Position numbers and translations under genes: made by a program
The notes under the pieces: generated by a model
Databases searched by the model: none
Seen by the model: the letters and a program-made list of their open reading frames with translations, nothing else
What the model was told of the DNA's origin: nothing
In this document: one piece after another, positions 45,706 through 54,998 of the stretch
Layout: every line of letters starts with the position of its first letter
How positions within the stretch are numbered: the stretch's first letter is position 1
Origin: an uncultured Alphaproteobacteria bacterium
GTDB lineage: Bacteria; Pseudomonadota; Alphaproteobacteria; SHVP01
Reading direction: 5' to 3'
NCBI GenBank assembly: GCA_964611585.1
Contig: CAZTAK010000001.1
Span: forward strand, 11,132 to 75,131
DNA length: 64,000 nt

Positions 45706-47478
45706 GTGGACAAAGAAGAACTGAAGATTCTAGTTGCAGTCCCCGCCGTCGACATTAGGGCGGTCGCCCAGGCATTGACCGAGGCAGGTTTCCGGTATTC
45801 CCTCCATACTGCGAATACCGCCGAGGCTGCGAGCGACGGTTTAGGCCAGATCGGGTTCGATTTTGCGATTCTCGGTGAAACCCTGCCGGACGACGGGGGC
45901 GAAGCCTTACTTCCCCACATTATCGGGCACGGGATCGAAGTGCCCGTCATCTTCATTTTCGACGGCGACATGGACTTGTCGCGCGCGACGAATGTAGTTC
46001 GCTTGGGTGTCGCCGACTGTTTTCACCAGTCGGAGCTCTCGTCCGAGCGGTTGGAGCGTGCCGCACTGACGGCGCTCCGGTTTTACCGCGCCCAGTCGAA
46101 AGCGATCCGAGCCCAGAAGCAGCTGACCATGCGGGCTTTGTTCGACCCCCTGACCGATTTGCCGAACCGGGGCTTGTTCTTCGCCCGGGTGAACCGGGCG
46201 CTGGCGTTGTCGGAGAAAGATAATCGCGAAGTCGCCATACTGGCGATCGATCTGAACCGGTTTCGAGACGTAAATAACGTGTTGAGCCATGCTGCCGGTG
46301 ACGAACTGTTGCGGCTGGTAACGACACGCCTCAATAATGTGGTCCGCACGACCGATACACTGGCGCGCCTGGGTGCCGACGAGTTCGCGATCCTGATGCC
46401 GAAGAACGCATCGATTCCAGCGGCCGAGAGCATGGCGCGACGTGTGCACGACGCGATGCTCCCGCCCTATACCATCGAGCGCCAGAACCTCGGCGTCGGT
46501 TCAAGTATCGGTATTGCCGTATCGCCCCATCACGGATCGGACAGTTCGGCGTTGTTGCGCCATGCCGATCTGGCCCGCCTCGCGGCCAAACGGGGCAAAC
46601 AAGCGTTCGTCGTATTTGCTGGCGACGATACGAATCTGACACTCCACTCGATGTCGCTCGCCAGCGATCTCCGCAACGCCGTTCCCGAGAAACAACTGGT
46701 TCTCTATTACCAGCCGAAGATCAGCACCGAGGACGGAACCGTCTGCGGCGTCGAGGCGTTGACGCGCTGGAACCATCCCGAACACGGCATGGTACCGCCC
46801 GACACCTTTATCCCGTTGGCCGAGCAAACCGGTCTGATTGAACCGCTAACGCAGTGGCTTCTTGAAGAGGCCGCCGCCCAACACCGGTCCTGGAAGCGGA
46901 CCGGTAACCACATCCCGATTGCGGTCAATATTTCTGCCATCACGCTGCAAAATTCGAACTTTCCCCAAGTAGTCGGCGAACTGCTGGGGAGGCACTCGCT
47001 GTCGGGCGGCAGCGTCATGCTGGAGATCACCGAAAGCGCGATCATGTCCGATGTCGCCCAGGCCGCGCGGACGGTGAATGAACTCGCTGAAATGGGCGTT
47101 GGATTCTCGATCGACGATTTCGGAACCGGCTATACGTCGTTTTCCTACATCGGCAAACTGCCGATCCGCGAGATCAAGGTCGACAAATCGTTCGTCTTCA
47201 ACATGCTCAAAATCAACGACGACGCCGCCATCGTCCGGACCATCGTCGAAATGGGCAAGAACCTGGGCGTCAACGTGGTCGCCGAAGGGGTCGAGGACGA
47301 AGAGACCTGGAATGCCTTGGGGACACTTGGCTGCGACACCTGCCAAGGATACTTTTTCAGCAAGCCGGTGCCGCCGGATGAACTGGTGACGTGGCTGGAT
47401 ACGGCGCCCTGGCCGGTGCGCCCGCGGACCAAAATGATTGACGATGGCCTGCTCCGCGCCGACGGCACTACCGGCTGA
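45706..47478 (+). CDS. GGDEF (degenerate, GADEF) - EAL domain protein with an N-terminal receiver-like domain
   Basis: GTG start. The GGDEF A-site reads RLGADEF. The EAL motifs (EALTRW, DDFGTGYTSF, EGVE) are intact. Confidence 0.8.
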   Translation: MDKEELKILVAVPAVDIRAVAQALTEAGFRYSLHTANTAEAASDGLGQIGFDFAILGETLPDDGGEALLPHIIGHGIEVPVIFIFDGDMDLSRATNVVRLGVADCFHQSELSSERLERAALTALRFYRAQSKAIRAQKQLTMRALFDPLTDLPNRGLFFARVNRALALSEKDNREVAILAIDLNRFRDVNNVLSHAAGDELLRLVTTRLNNVVRTTDTLARLGADEFAILMPKNASIPAAESMARRVHDAMLPPYTIERQNLGVGSSIGIAVSPHHGSDSSALLRHADLARLAAKRGKQAFVVFAGDDTNLTLHSMSLASDLRNAVPEKQLVLYYQPKISTEDGTVCGVEALTRWNHPEHGMVPPDTFIPLAEQTGLIEPLTQWLLEEAAAQHRSWKRTGNHIPIAVNISAITLQNSNFPQVVGELLGRHSLSGGSVMLEITESAIMSDVAQAARTVNELAEMGVGFSIDDFGTGYTSFSYIGKLPIREIKVDKSFVFNMLKINDDAAIVRTIVEMGKNLGVNVVAEGVEDEETWNALGTLGCDTCQGYFFSKPVPPDELVTWLDTAPWPVRPRTKMIDDGLLRADGTTG

Positions 47479-47481
47479 GAC

Positions 47482-48006
47482 TCAGATATCCTCCCAACTG
47501 CACTCGAGCTGAAGCTGTTGCGCCGTATTCGACACCGCGGCCAGGCACGCCTCGGCCCGGTCCGGATTGAGAGCGACATCGAAGTGGGTCGTATAGATCT
47601 GCCGGCCGCCGGCAACATGATGCTGTGAATTGAGGCGGACGATGTTGGCGTCGAATTCGACGAACGCTTCAGTAAGTCGCGCGATCAGACCCGGCTGATC
47701 GCCGCCGGAAACCCGGATCCGGTGGGTCCGCCGTGCCGTTGCAGTGTGGCGCGTGTCGTACCGGAATTCAGAAACGTCAAGCGTGCAACCTTGCAATTCG
47801 TCGAGCGTCTCGAGGGCTGCGGCTACATCCGCATTTTGAATGTCGGTTGAAGTTTCGGCGATGGCGTTGAATTCGAACGCGGTACCCAGGACGGCAAACG
47901 AGGTGTCGCCCAGATTGAGACCGAGATCGAACAGCCGCCCGGTCAGGGCCGCGACGACGCCGACCCGGTCGGGGCCGCTACAGGAAATCAACAAGGTTCG
48001 TGTCAT
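47482..48006 (-). CDS. ACT-domain protein (GcvR-like, two ACT domains)
   Basis: The product has two repeats of the ACT fold (LLISCSGPDRVGVVAALTG / IRVSGGDQPGLIARLTEA). Confidence 0.6.
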   Translation of the reverse strand: MTRTLLISCSGPDRVGVVAALTGRLFDLGLNLGDTSFAVLGTAFEFNAIAETSTDIQNADVAAALETLDELQGCTLDVSEFRYDTRHTATARRTHRIRVSGGDQPGLIARLTEAFVEFDANIVRLNSQHHVAGGRQIYTTHFDVALNPDRAEACLAAVSNTAQQLQLECSWEDI

Positions 48007-48146
48007 CCGGCCCTCCTGGCGGCGATGGTTCCAGCGTCTCTATCACGGCTCGCGCGCGCCGCAAACCGTCGGCGCCTGATTGCCCGAATCGGGTTGGGCC
48101 GGTATGTTCGGGCGCCCCAACCCTTCGCACCCAAAATCACGCCATG

Positions 48147-49343
48147 GACGATCTCAAAACCCTCGATGATCTCGACGTTGAGGGACGGACAGCGCTGGTC
48201 CGCGTCGATCTCAACGTGCCGATGGAGGAATTGACCCTTCTCGACGGACTGCGGATTGAACGCCTCAAGCCGACGGTAATGGAACTTCTTTCGCGCGGCG
48301 CCCGGGTCGTCCTCCTTTCGCACTTCGGCCGGCCCGGCGGATCGTTTCAGGCAGACCTGTCTTTGAGGCGCGTCAACGAAGTGTTTGGCGAAGCGCTGGG
48401 ACGCCCGCCGCTGCCGTTCGCCGAGGATTGCATCGGCCCCGAAGCCGCGCGCGTGGTTGCGGACCTGGAACTGGGCGAGGTCGCCCTGCTGGAGAATCTT
48501 CGGTTCCATCCCGGCGAGACCACCAACGACACCGAATTTGCAGCCGCGCTTGCCGCGTTGGGTGATGTATACGTCAACGACGCCTTCAGTTGCGCCCACC
48601 GGGCACACGCTTCGATCGAGGCGATCGCGCACCTGCTGCCCAGCGCCGCCGGCCGCGGCATGGCGGCCGAGCTGATGGCCCTCGGACAGGTGCTGGACAC
48701 ACCCGAGCGCCCCCTCGCCGCGGTCATCGGCGGTGCCAAGGTATCTTCCAAGCTGGCGCTCTTGTCGACGCTGGTCAAACAGGTGCAGGTCCTGGCGGTC
48801 GGCGGCGCCATGGCGAATACGTTCCTGCTCGCCAAAGGGATCGGCATCGGAAGCAGTTTATGCGAACCGGACCTGATGGACATTGCCGGCGGGATTCTCG
48901 CCACCGCGGGGGTCGCAGGATGCGAGATCGTGCTGCCTGAGGACGTCGTGGTCGCGGCCGAGCTAGTTCCGGGCACCGCCACCCGGACGGTCGGCGTCAC
49001 CGCAATTCCAGACGGGATGATGGTTCTCGACGTCGGGCCGAAATCGGCAGATGCCCTCGCCCGGCGCCTGGCCGACTGCCGTACGCTGGTGTGGAACGGG
49101 CCCTTGGGCGCCTTCGAAACCGAGCCCTTCGACCGGGGCACCTGTTCCGTTGCCCTGGCGGCGGCCAAACTGACGCGCGGGGGCAAAATGATCAGCGTCG
49201 CCGGCGGTGGCGACACCATGGCAGCACTGGCGCACGCGGGCGCCGCCCAAGATTTCACTTATGTCTCGGCGGCAGGCGGCGCGTTCTTGGAATGGCTGGA
49301 AGGAAAACGCCTACCCGGGGTCGAGGTGCTGCGGAAACGCTGA
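48147..49343 (+). CDS. pgk: phosphoglycerate kinase
   Basis: The 398-aa product shows full-length Pgk similarity (RVDLNVP, SHFGRP, GGAKVSSK, GGGD). Confidence 0.9.
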   Translation, partial: DDLKTLDDLDVEGRTALVRVDLNVPMEELTLLDGLRIERLKPTVMELLSRGARVVLLSHFGRPGGSFQADLSLRRVNEVFGEALGRPPLPFAEDCIGPEAARVVADLELGEVALLENLRFHPGETTNDTEFAAALAALGDVYVNDAFSCAHRAHASIEAIAHLLPSAAGRGMAAELMALGQVLDTPERPLAAVIGGAKVSSKLALLSTLVKQVQVLAVGGAMANTFLLAKGIGIGSSLCEPDLMDIAGGILATAGVAGCEIVLPEDVVVAAELVPGTATRTVGVTAIPDGMMVLDVGPKSADALARRLADCRTLVWNGPLGAFETEPFDRGTCSVALAAAKLTRGGKMISVAGGGDTMAALAHAGAAQDFTYVSAAGGAFLEWLEGKRLPGVEVLRKR

Positions 49344-49399
49344 CCGCCGCGGCACGCCGGCGCGCGCCAGGAACCCTGCGCCAACCCTTTCCCTGAAGT

Positions 49400-51775
49400 C
49401 TATTTCGAGGTCATCACCCAGACGCCCTCCCAGTCGTCGCCTGGCGGTTCTTTCTTCAGGTGCTCGCAGCGTCCGATGTACGTCTGCGAAAGGGCGTCGT
49501 CGGGATTGAGCGCGAGACATTCCTTGAACGATTTAACCCCCTTGTCGAAGGCGCCCTTGCGGTAATGATCGACGCCCGCCTTAAAGTAATTCACCGCCTC
49601 CATCAGATTGGGAAAGGTCTCGTCGGTGTGATAGTCGAGCACCTCGTAGACACCCACCGGTTGGGTCTTGCCCTTGACGACGACCCTGTCGATGTCGCGC
49701 ATCCGATAGGTTCCGCGCAGCTTCTTCACCGTGTTCTCGCTGATAAGGATGCGCGCCGAATACTGTTTGCAGGCACTCTCGAGCCGCGCCGCCAGGTTCA
49801 CGCCGTCACCGATGATGGTGTAGTCCATGCGTTTGGGCGATCCGATGTTGCCCGACACCACCACGTCGGTATTGAGGCCGATGCCCATATCGACCGGAGG
49901 CAGGCCGTGGGCCTGGCGGTCGGCGTTCCAAACCCGGAGAGACGAGATCATGTTGATTGCTGCACGGACGCCGCGGTCTTCATCGTCGTCGTGGGCGACC
50001 GGTATTCCGAACGCCGCCATAATGGCGTCGCCGATAAACTTGTCGAGCATCCCTTCCTCGGCGGAAATACAATCGACCATCAACGTGAAGTATTCGTTGA
50101 GCAGGCTGACTGTGCCCTGGGCGCCGAGTCCCTCGGTGAGCGTGGTGAAGCCACGAATATCCGAGAACAGCACTGTCGATTCCGTGGATTGACCGCCAAG
50201 CAGGTCTTCACCACCGCCCAATACCTGATCGGCGAGGCCCGGATCCATGTAGCGCGCCATCGTCGATTTGACGCGCTTTTCACTTGAGATGTCTTCCATC
50301 ATCAACAGCGTGCCGAGTTGTTTGGCCTCGCCGCTCATCAGCGGCATGACCGTGAGATTGACCGACACCGTTTCGCCGCCGAATGCCATTTCGGCATCCA
50401 TGGTGATGTCGTGTTCCTGGGTCTCAGCGACCCACCCGATCTTTTCGAGCAGGAACATGTTATCGCTTTCAAAGAATTCCTGGGCCTTCTTGTCGATGAT
50501 TTCGTCTACAGATACCTTCATGATGCGCAGTCCAGCCGCGTTGCAAGTAACGATCTTGCCGTCTTCATCCGTTGTGACAACCGCATTCGACATGCTTTCC
50601 AGCATGCTTTCGTTGTAGTTCTTCATTTGCTGAACGTCGTCGAACAGCTTCGAGTTTTCGAGCGCGATCGAAACCTGCGCCGTAAACGCCTTGAGGCGCG
50701 ATTCGTCCTCGTCGGTAAACGGCCCGCCGCGCCGGTTCAGCACTTGGGTAACACCGATGGTCTTGCCGTTCTTGTTGACCACCGGCACGCACAAGATCGA
50801 ACGCGTAAAATAGCCGGTCTGCTTGTCGAACGAGGGATTGAAGCGCAAGTCGGCATAGGCGTGCGGGATGTTGACGGATCGCCCCGAAGTGAAAACCGCG
50901 CCGGCAATACCGGCATTGTTGGGCAGCCGGATTTCGCCGATCGACTCGCCCATGGCGACCCGGGAGAACAATTCGCTGGTCTTTTCGTCGTACAGAAACA
51001 GTGTCGAGCGGTCGGCCTGAAGCATCCGCGTGGCTTCGGTCATGACCCGCTGCAGCAGCGTCCCGAGTTCGAGCTCGGAGGTCACGTCGGAGACAATGTC
51101 GAGGAACTCCATCTCCTTTTCGCGGGTTTTCTTCATGCGCTCGACGAACTGGGTGCTTTGCAGTGCCACCGCGGCCTGCGACGTCATCGCCTCGATCAGC
51201 GCCAGATCGTCCTTGGTGAACCGGCCCTTCTTCTTGTTGAGGACCTGCGACACGCCGATGACTTCGCCTTTGACGGTGCGCACCGGGCAGCAGACGATAC
51301 TTTTGGTGTGAAAGCCGGTCTGCTGATCGACATTGGGGTTGAAGCGTTCGTCTGAATAGGCGTCATGGATGATGGCACCCTCGCCGTTGCTGAACACCCA
51401 GCCGGCAACGCCGCTGTCGTTGAGGATGCGGATTTCGCGTTTGAAGTTGCCTTGGGCGACCCGGGAATAGAGTTCGCCCGAGGCTGAATCGTTGAGGAAC
51501 AAGGTGCCGCGCTCGGCCCCCAGTTCCCAGGTTGTCATCTCGACCAGGGTTTCGAGAATCTCGTCGAGCGATTCGATCGCCACGCACCGCCGCGACACGT
51601 TGAGAAGCATCTCCGCCTGACGCAACCGTTGCTCGAGCTGGTGCTGCGAGGGCGCGCGGCCGGTGCCTTTTTTGCCTTTTTTTGTCCCGGCGGCGCTCGC
51701 TCGTCCGCGGGTTTCACCGGCCCGCCGTCCCGCCTGTCCGCTCCGCGCCAACCTGCCGCTACCTTCGCTAGCCAT
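49400..51775 (-). CDS. class III adenylate/guanylate cyclase with GAF-GAF-PAS sensor region
   Basis: There are two GAF-like segments (FLNDSASGELYSR.. / FLYDEKTSELFSR..), a PAS-like region, and a C-terminal CHD catalytic domain (LFSDIRGFT, FIGDAIMAAFG). Confidence 0.85.
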   Translation of the reverse strand: MASEGSGRLARSGQAGRRAGETRGRASAAGTKKGKKGTGRAPSQHQLEQRLRQAEMLLNVSRRCVAIESLDEILETLVEMTTWELGAERGTLFLNDSASGELYSRVAQGNFKREIRILNDSGVAGWVFSNGEGAIIHDAYSDERFNPNVDQQTGFHTKSIVCCPVRTVKGEVIGVSQVLNKKKGRFTKDDLALIEAMTSQAAVALQSTQFVERMKKTREKEMEFLDIVSDVTSELELGTLLQRVMTEATRMLQADRSTLFLYDEKTSELFSRVAMGESIGEIRLPNNAGIAGAVFTSGRSVNIPHAYADLRFNPSFDKQTGYFTRSILCVPVVNKNGKTIGVTQVLNRRGGPFTDEDESRLKAFTAQVSIALENSKLFDDVQQMKNYNESMLESMSNAVVTTDEDGKIVTCNAAGLRIMKVSVDEIIDKKAQEFFESDNMFLLEKIGWVAETQEHDITMDAEMAFGGETVSVNLTVMPLMSGEAKQLGTLLMMEDISSEKRVKSTMARYMDPGLADQVLGGGEDLLGGQSTESTVLFSDIRGFTTLTEGLGAQGTVSLLNEYFTLMVDCISAEEGMLDKFIGDAIMAAFGIPVAHDDDEDRGVRAAINMISSLRVWNADRQAHGLPPVDMGIGLNTDVVVSGNIGSPKRMDYTIIGDGVNLAARLESACKQYSARILISENTVKKLRGTYRMRDIDRVVVKGKTQPVGVYEVLDYHTDETFPNLMEAVNYFKAGVDHYRKGAFDKGVKSFKECLALNPDDALSQTYIGRCEHLKKEPPGDDWEGVWVMTSK

Positions 51776-52565
51776 TACCCTTCTCCAACCGTTCGCGTAG
51801 TTCCTCGATCATAGCCTGCAAATGCGCATTTTCATTGCGGGTATCGCGTTCGAGAGTCTGAATTCGTTCCTCGTACCGGACCGTGGTGCGGTCGAGTTCG
51901 TCGCGCAAGGCGCCCACCGTGCTGCGTAATTGGGCAAGTTCGTCGGCCGAGGCCGCAATCGTCGCCTGAACTTCCGCTTCTTTGTCGAATCGCAGTTGTT
52001 CGAGTTCAGCGCGCAGCGACGAAGCGGTTTGCTTGAGTTGCCGGATTTCGTCACTGGCCGCCGCCACCGCCGCCTGAACGGCGGCTGCTTTGTCATAGCG
52101 CAGTTTTTCGAGTTCGTCGCGCAATGTCGAGGCGGTCGCCTTGAGTTGCACGATCTCGTCGTTGGCCGCCGCCACCGCGGCTTGTACCGCCGCTTCCTTT
52201 TCATAACCGAGTTTTTCAAGTTCCGAGCGCAGCGTGGCTACCGTCCCCTTGAGCTGAACAATCTCGTCGTTGGCCAAGGCGACCGCTGCCTGTATCGCCG
52301 CCTCATTTTCGAAGCGCATCTTCTCGAGTTCACCGCGAAGAACCGCCGCAGTCTTGCGAAGCTGCATGGTTTCGTCGGTGGATTCGGCAACGGCGCGCTG
52401 CACGTCCGCTTCCTGCCCGTACTGGGTCGCTTCGAGTTGTTCGCGTAGGGCGGCGATGGTGTTCTTGAGGTGGCGCACCTCCGTTTCGGCCGCGAGCAGG
52501 CGGCCCGGTGTCTGCGGTTCGGCCAAGTCCGGGGTCCCGGCGAGATCCGTCATCGCCGCCGCCAC
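51768..52565 (-). CDS. coiled-coil protein with about 5 tandem 38-aa repeats; translationally coupled to the cyclase gene
   Basis: The repeat unit is IVQLK.TVATLRSELEKL.YEKEAAVQAAVAAANDE. The underlying DNA carries 114-bp tandem repeats. The stop overlaps the cyclase start by 8 nt. Confidence 0.55.
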   Translation of the reverse strand: MAAAMTDLAGTPDLAEPQTPGRLLAAETEVRHLKNTIAALREQLEATQYGQEADVQRAVAESTDETMQLRKTAAVLRGELEKMRFENEAAIQAAVALANDEIVQLKGTVATLRSELEKLGYEKEAAVQAAVAAANDEIVQLKATASTLRDELEKLRYDKAAAVQAAVAAASDEIRQLKQTASSLRAELEQLRFDKEAEVQATIAASADELAQLRSTVGALRDELDRTTVRYEERIQTLERDTRNENAHLQAMIEELRERLEKGNG

Positions 52566-52743
52566 GGCGGCACCGGCTGGCCGGTATCAGAGAAATAGGC
52601 AATTTCGTTCATGTCCCCACCGCAGTCCGGGCACAGCCAATTTCCCGCAAGCCGGCCGCGCCCAAGCGTACCATGACCGGGAGGGTTTTCGGGAAGTCGG
52701 AAATCGCGCCTCCCGCAAGCCCCGACCCCGGCCCGTAAGGCCG

Positions 52744-53790
52744 CTAGCGGTGGATTAGCGCGAGCGTCCTGTCTTCCAGCCCGACCGCGATTGCGGGCCA
52801 CCGTGAATCGCCCGGAAGGGGCACCAGCGCCGTCTGCACGCGGGCCGGCAACGGCAACCTGGCGATCTCGGCGAAGACGCCGCCGGCAAAGGTGACGATC
52901 CGGATCGCGCGGCGCCGGGCGTCCGGCACCATCATATCGGGCACGCCGTCGCCGTTGGCATCGACAATGGCCGAAAGCCCCAGTTCGCGAGAGCCGATGG
53001 CGTGATTCGAGAAGCCTGGCGCTGCGCCCATTTCGACCAGAACTGCGCCACGCAGCGCGTAGATTTTGAGAACCCCGCCGATGTGCAGCGTGATGACCGC
53101 GGCCGCCTCGGGCGCCCCGTCGCCGTCGAAATCGGCGACGCCGACCGGGTTGAGCCAACGGCTCGGCCGCCCGATGGGCGGCGCCTCGGCGATCCGGACC
53201 AGCGCCCCGCCGCGGACCCCATAGACGCTCAACGCCGCTCCGGCCGAGAGATAGGACCGAACGATCATGATCTCGTCTTCGCCGTCGCCCGTAAGGTCGG
53301 CAAGCCGCGCGAGCCGGTCCTCGAAGACGGATTCGGTATCGAGGACCGCTTCAAGCGTGCCGCCGCTGGCCGTGGTGACGCGCACGCCCGAGCCTTCGAT
53401 GGCGTCGCCGAGGACGCCATGGCCATAGCGCCCCGTCGGCCCAATCAGCCACGCCTCGCGAATGACGCCCTCGCCATGAGAGACCACCGCATCCGGCAGG
53501 CTATCCGGGCGCGGCTCGGGGGCCGGCCGGGCAAACCCCGGCACCAGGCCGAACCGGACATTGCCGTTCGAAATCGACACACCGAGAAAGTGCCCGGCGC
53601 CGGTTTCCAGAACCAGACGCCGCCCCAACTCTGTTGCGGCGATGAACAGGCTGGTGGTTTCGTCGCCGGCAGCGAAAGTGTCGACTCGCCAGACCGGTTC
53701 CGATTGCGCCGGCGCGCCCGCAACGGCAAGGAGGCCCGCAGCCGCCAACGCGGCCGGGCGCCGAAACAGGACAGAACGCAGTCGAACCAT
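52744..53790 (-). CDS. FG-GAP / VCBS-repeat secreted protein
   Basis: A signal peptide is followed by multiple DxDGDG calcium-binding-like repeats (DLTGDGEDE, DFDGDGAPE, DANGDGVPD). Confidence 0.6.
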   Translation of the reverse strand: MVRLRSVLFRRPAALAAAGLLAVAGAPAQSEPVWRVDTFAAGDETTSLFIAATELGRRLVLETGAGHFLGVSISNGNVRFGLVPGFARPAPEPRPDSLPDAVVSHGEGVIREAWLIGPTGRYGHGVLGDAIEGSGVRVTTASGGTLEAVLDTESVFEDRLARLADLTGDGEDEIMIVRSYLSAGAALSVYGVRGGALVRIAEAPPIGRPSRWLNPVGVADFDGDGAPEAAAVITLHIGGVLKIYALRGAVLVEMGAAPGFSNHAIGSRELGLSAIVDANGDGVPDMMVPDARRRAIRIVTFAGGVFAEIARLPLPARVQTALVPLPGDSRWPAIAVGLEDRTLALIHR

Positions 53791-54056
53791 GAACAACTCG
53801 GCGAAGGGAATCCGGGGCACGGGTTGCTGGCGCCGGGCCCGAGGAAAAGTGCGATTGGGAAGTGCGATTAGAAGGACCGTGGCGCCCGCCCGCAACCGCC
53901 TTGGCGACACGATTGCGTGGGCCCGGCAATCACCGGGAGGGGAGTTAAAGGGGTGTGGAGTAGCGTCGAGGAACGCACCTCACGCTGCGGGTTTGCAGTG
54001 CGGCCAGTGCGGGCGCGCAGGCATTGTCGCCCGCATTGCCCCGGCGAGCCCGGATC

Positions 54057-54998
54057 TTATCCGCCGTCCGGCGGAATCGCGCCGGTGCGTTCGACGATCA
54101 GGCCATAATGCTCGGGCCGGCGGTGTTTATCGAAGGCGAACCAGGTCTCCTTATAGGAACGGCACAGATCGAGGTCGCATTTGGCGACGATCAGCTCGTC
54201 GTCCATGGTCGAGGTCATGGCGGTGATTTCGCCCGACGGCGCGATAATCGAACTCTGCCCCAACAGGTCGCAGCCTTCCTCGCGCCCCGCCTTGGCCACG
54301 CCTACCATCCAGGTCGCGTTCTGGTACGCGCCCGCCTGCATCGAGAGATGGTTGTGAAACGACGTCAGGTGGTCGTGTTGCGGCGCGGGCGGATTGTGGA
54401 CCGGCGAATTGTAGCCGCACATCACCAGTTCCACGTCCTGCAGGCCCATGACGCGGTAGGTTTCGGGCCAGCGGCGGTCGTTGCAGATGCACATACCCAT
54501 GTTGCCGTCCATGGTGCGCCACACCGGAAAGCCGAGGTCGCCGACCTCGAAATAGCGTTTTTCAAGATGCTGGAAAGGACGGTAGTTTTCGTATTCGGCG
54601 TGACCCGGCAGATGGACCTTGCGGTATTTTCCGGCCAGATTGCCCGCCTTGTCGATAAGGATCGACGTATTGAAGTGCCGCGTGCGGCCGTTTTCTTCGA
54701 CCAGTTCCGCGTAGCCGAGATAGAACCCGATGCCGAGGCGCCTGGCCTCGTCGAACAGCGGTTGCGTCGCCGGGTTCGGCATCTCGCGCTCGAAATAGGC
54801 GTCAATCTCTGCCTGGTTCTCCATAAACCAGCGCGGGAAGAAACTGGTCAGCGTGAGTTCGGGAAAGACGACGATGTCGCACTTCATCGACGCCGCCTCG
54901 CGCAAAAGCTCCAGCAGACGCGCGACCACCGTCTGCCGCGATTCCGCGCGCGCGATGGGGCCCATTTGCGCGGCGCCGAGGGTGAGGATACGGGTCAT
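54057..54998 (-). CDS. N-carbamoyl-D-amino-acid hydrolase (nitrilase superfamily)
   Basis: The product has near full-length similarity to D-carbamoylase (VFPELTLTSFFPRW, GKYRKVHLPGH, the catalytic Cys in GMCICNDRRWPE). Confidence 0.85.
   Translation of the reverse strand: MTRILTLGAAQMGPIARAESRQTVVARLLELLREAASMKCDIVVFPELTLTSFFPRWFMENQAEIDAYFEREMPNPATQPLFDEARRLGIGFYLGYAELVEENGRTRHFNTSILIDKAGNLAGKYRKVHLPGHAEYENYRPFQHLEKRYFEVGDLGFPVWRTMDGNMGMCICNDRRWPETYRVMGLQDVELVMCGYNSPVHNPPAPQHDHLTSFHNHLSMQAGAYQNATWMVGVAKAGREEGCDLLGQSSIIAPSGEITAMTSTMDDELIVAKCDLDLCRSYKETWFAFDKHRRPEHYGLIVERTGAIPPDGG

Noticed and set aside
52550-53158. A 202-aa Arg-rich minus-strand ORF ending in a CPDCGG zinc-ribbon-like motif, upstream of the coiled-coil gene
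   Set aside because: Most of it overlaps the well-supported FG-GAP gene in another frame. The Cys motif is isolated and no clean start exists for a small standalone protein.
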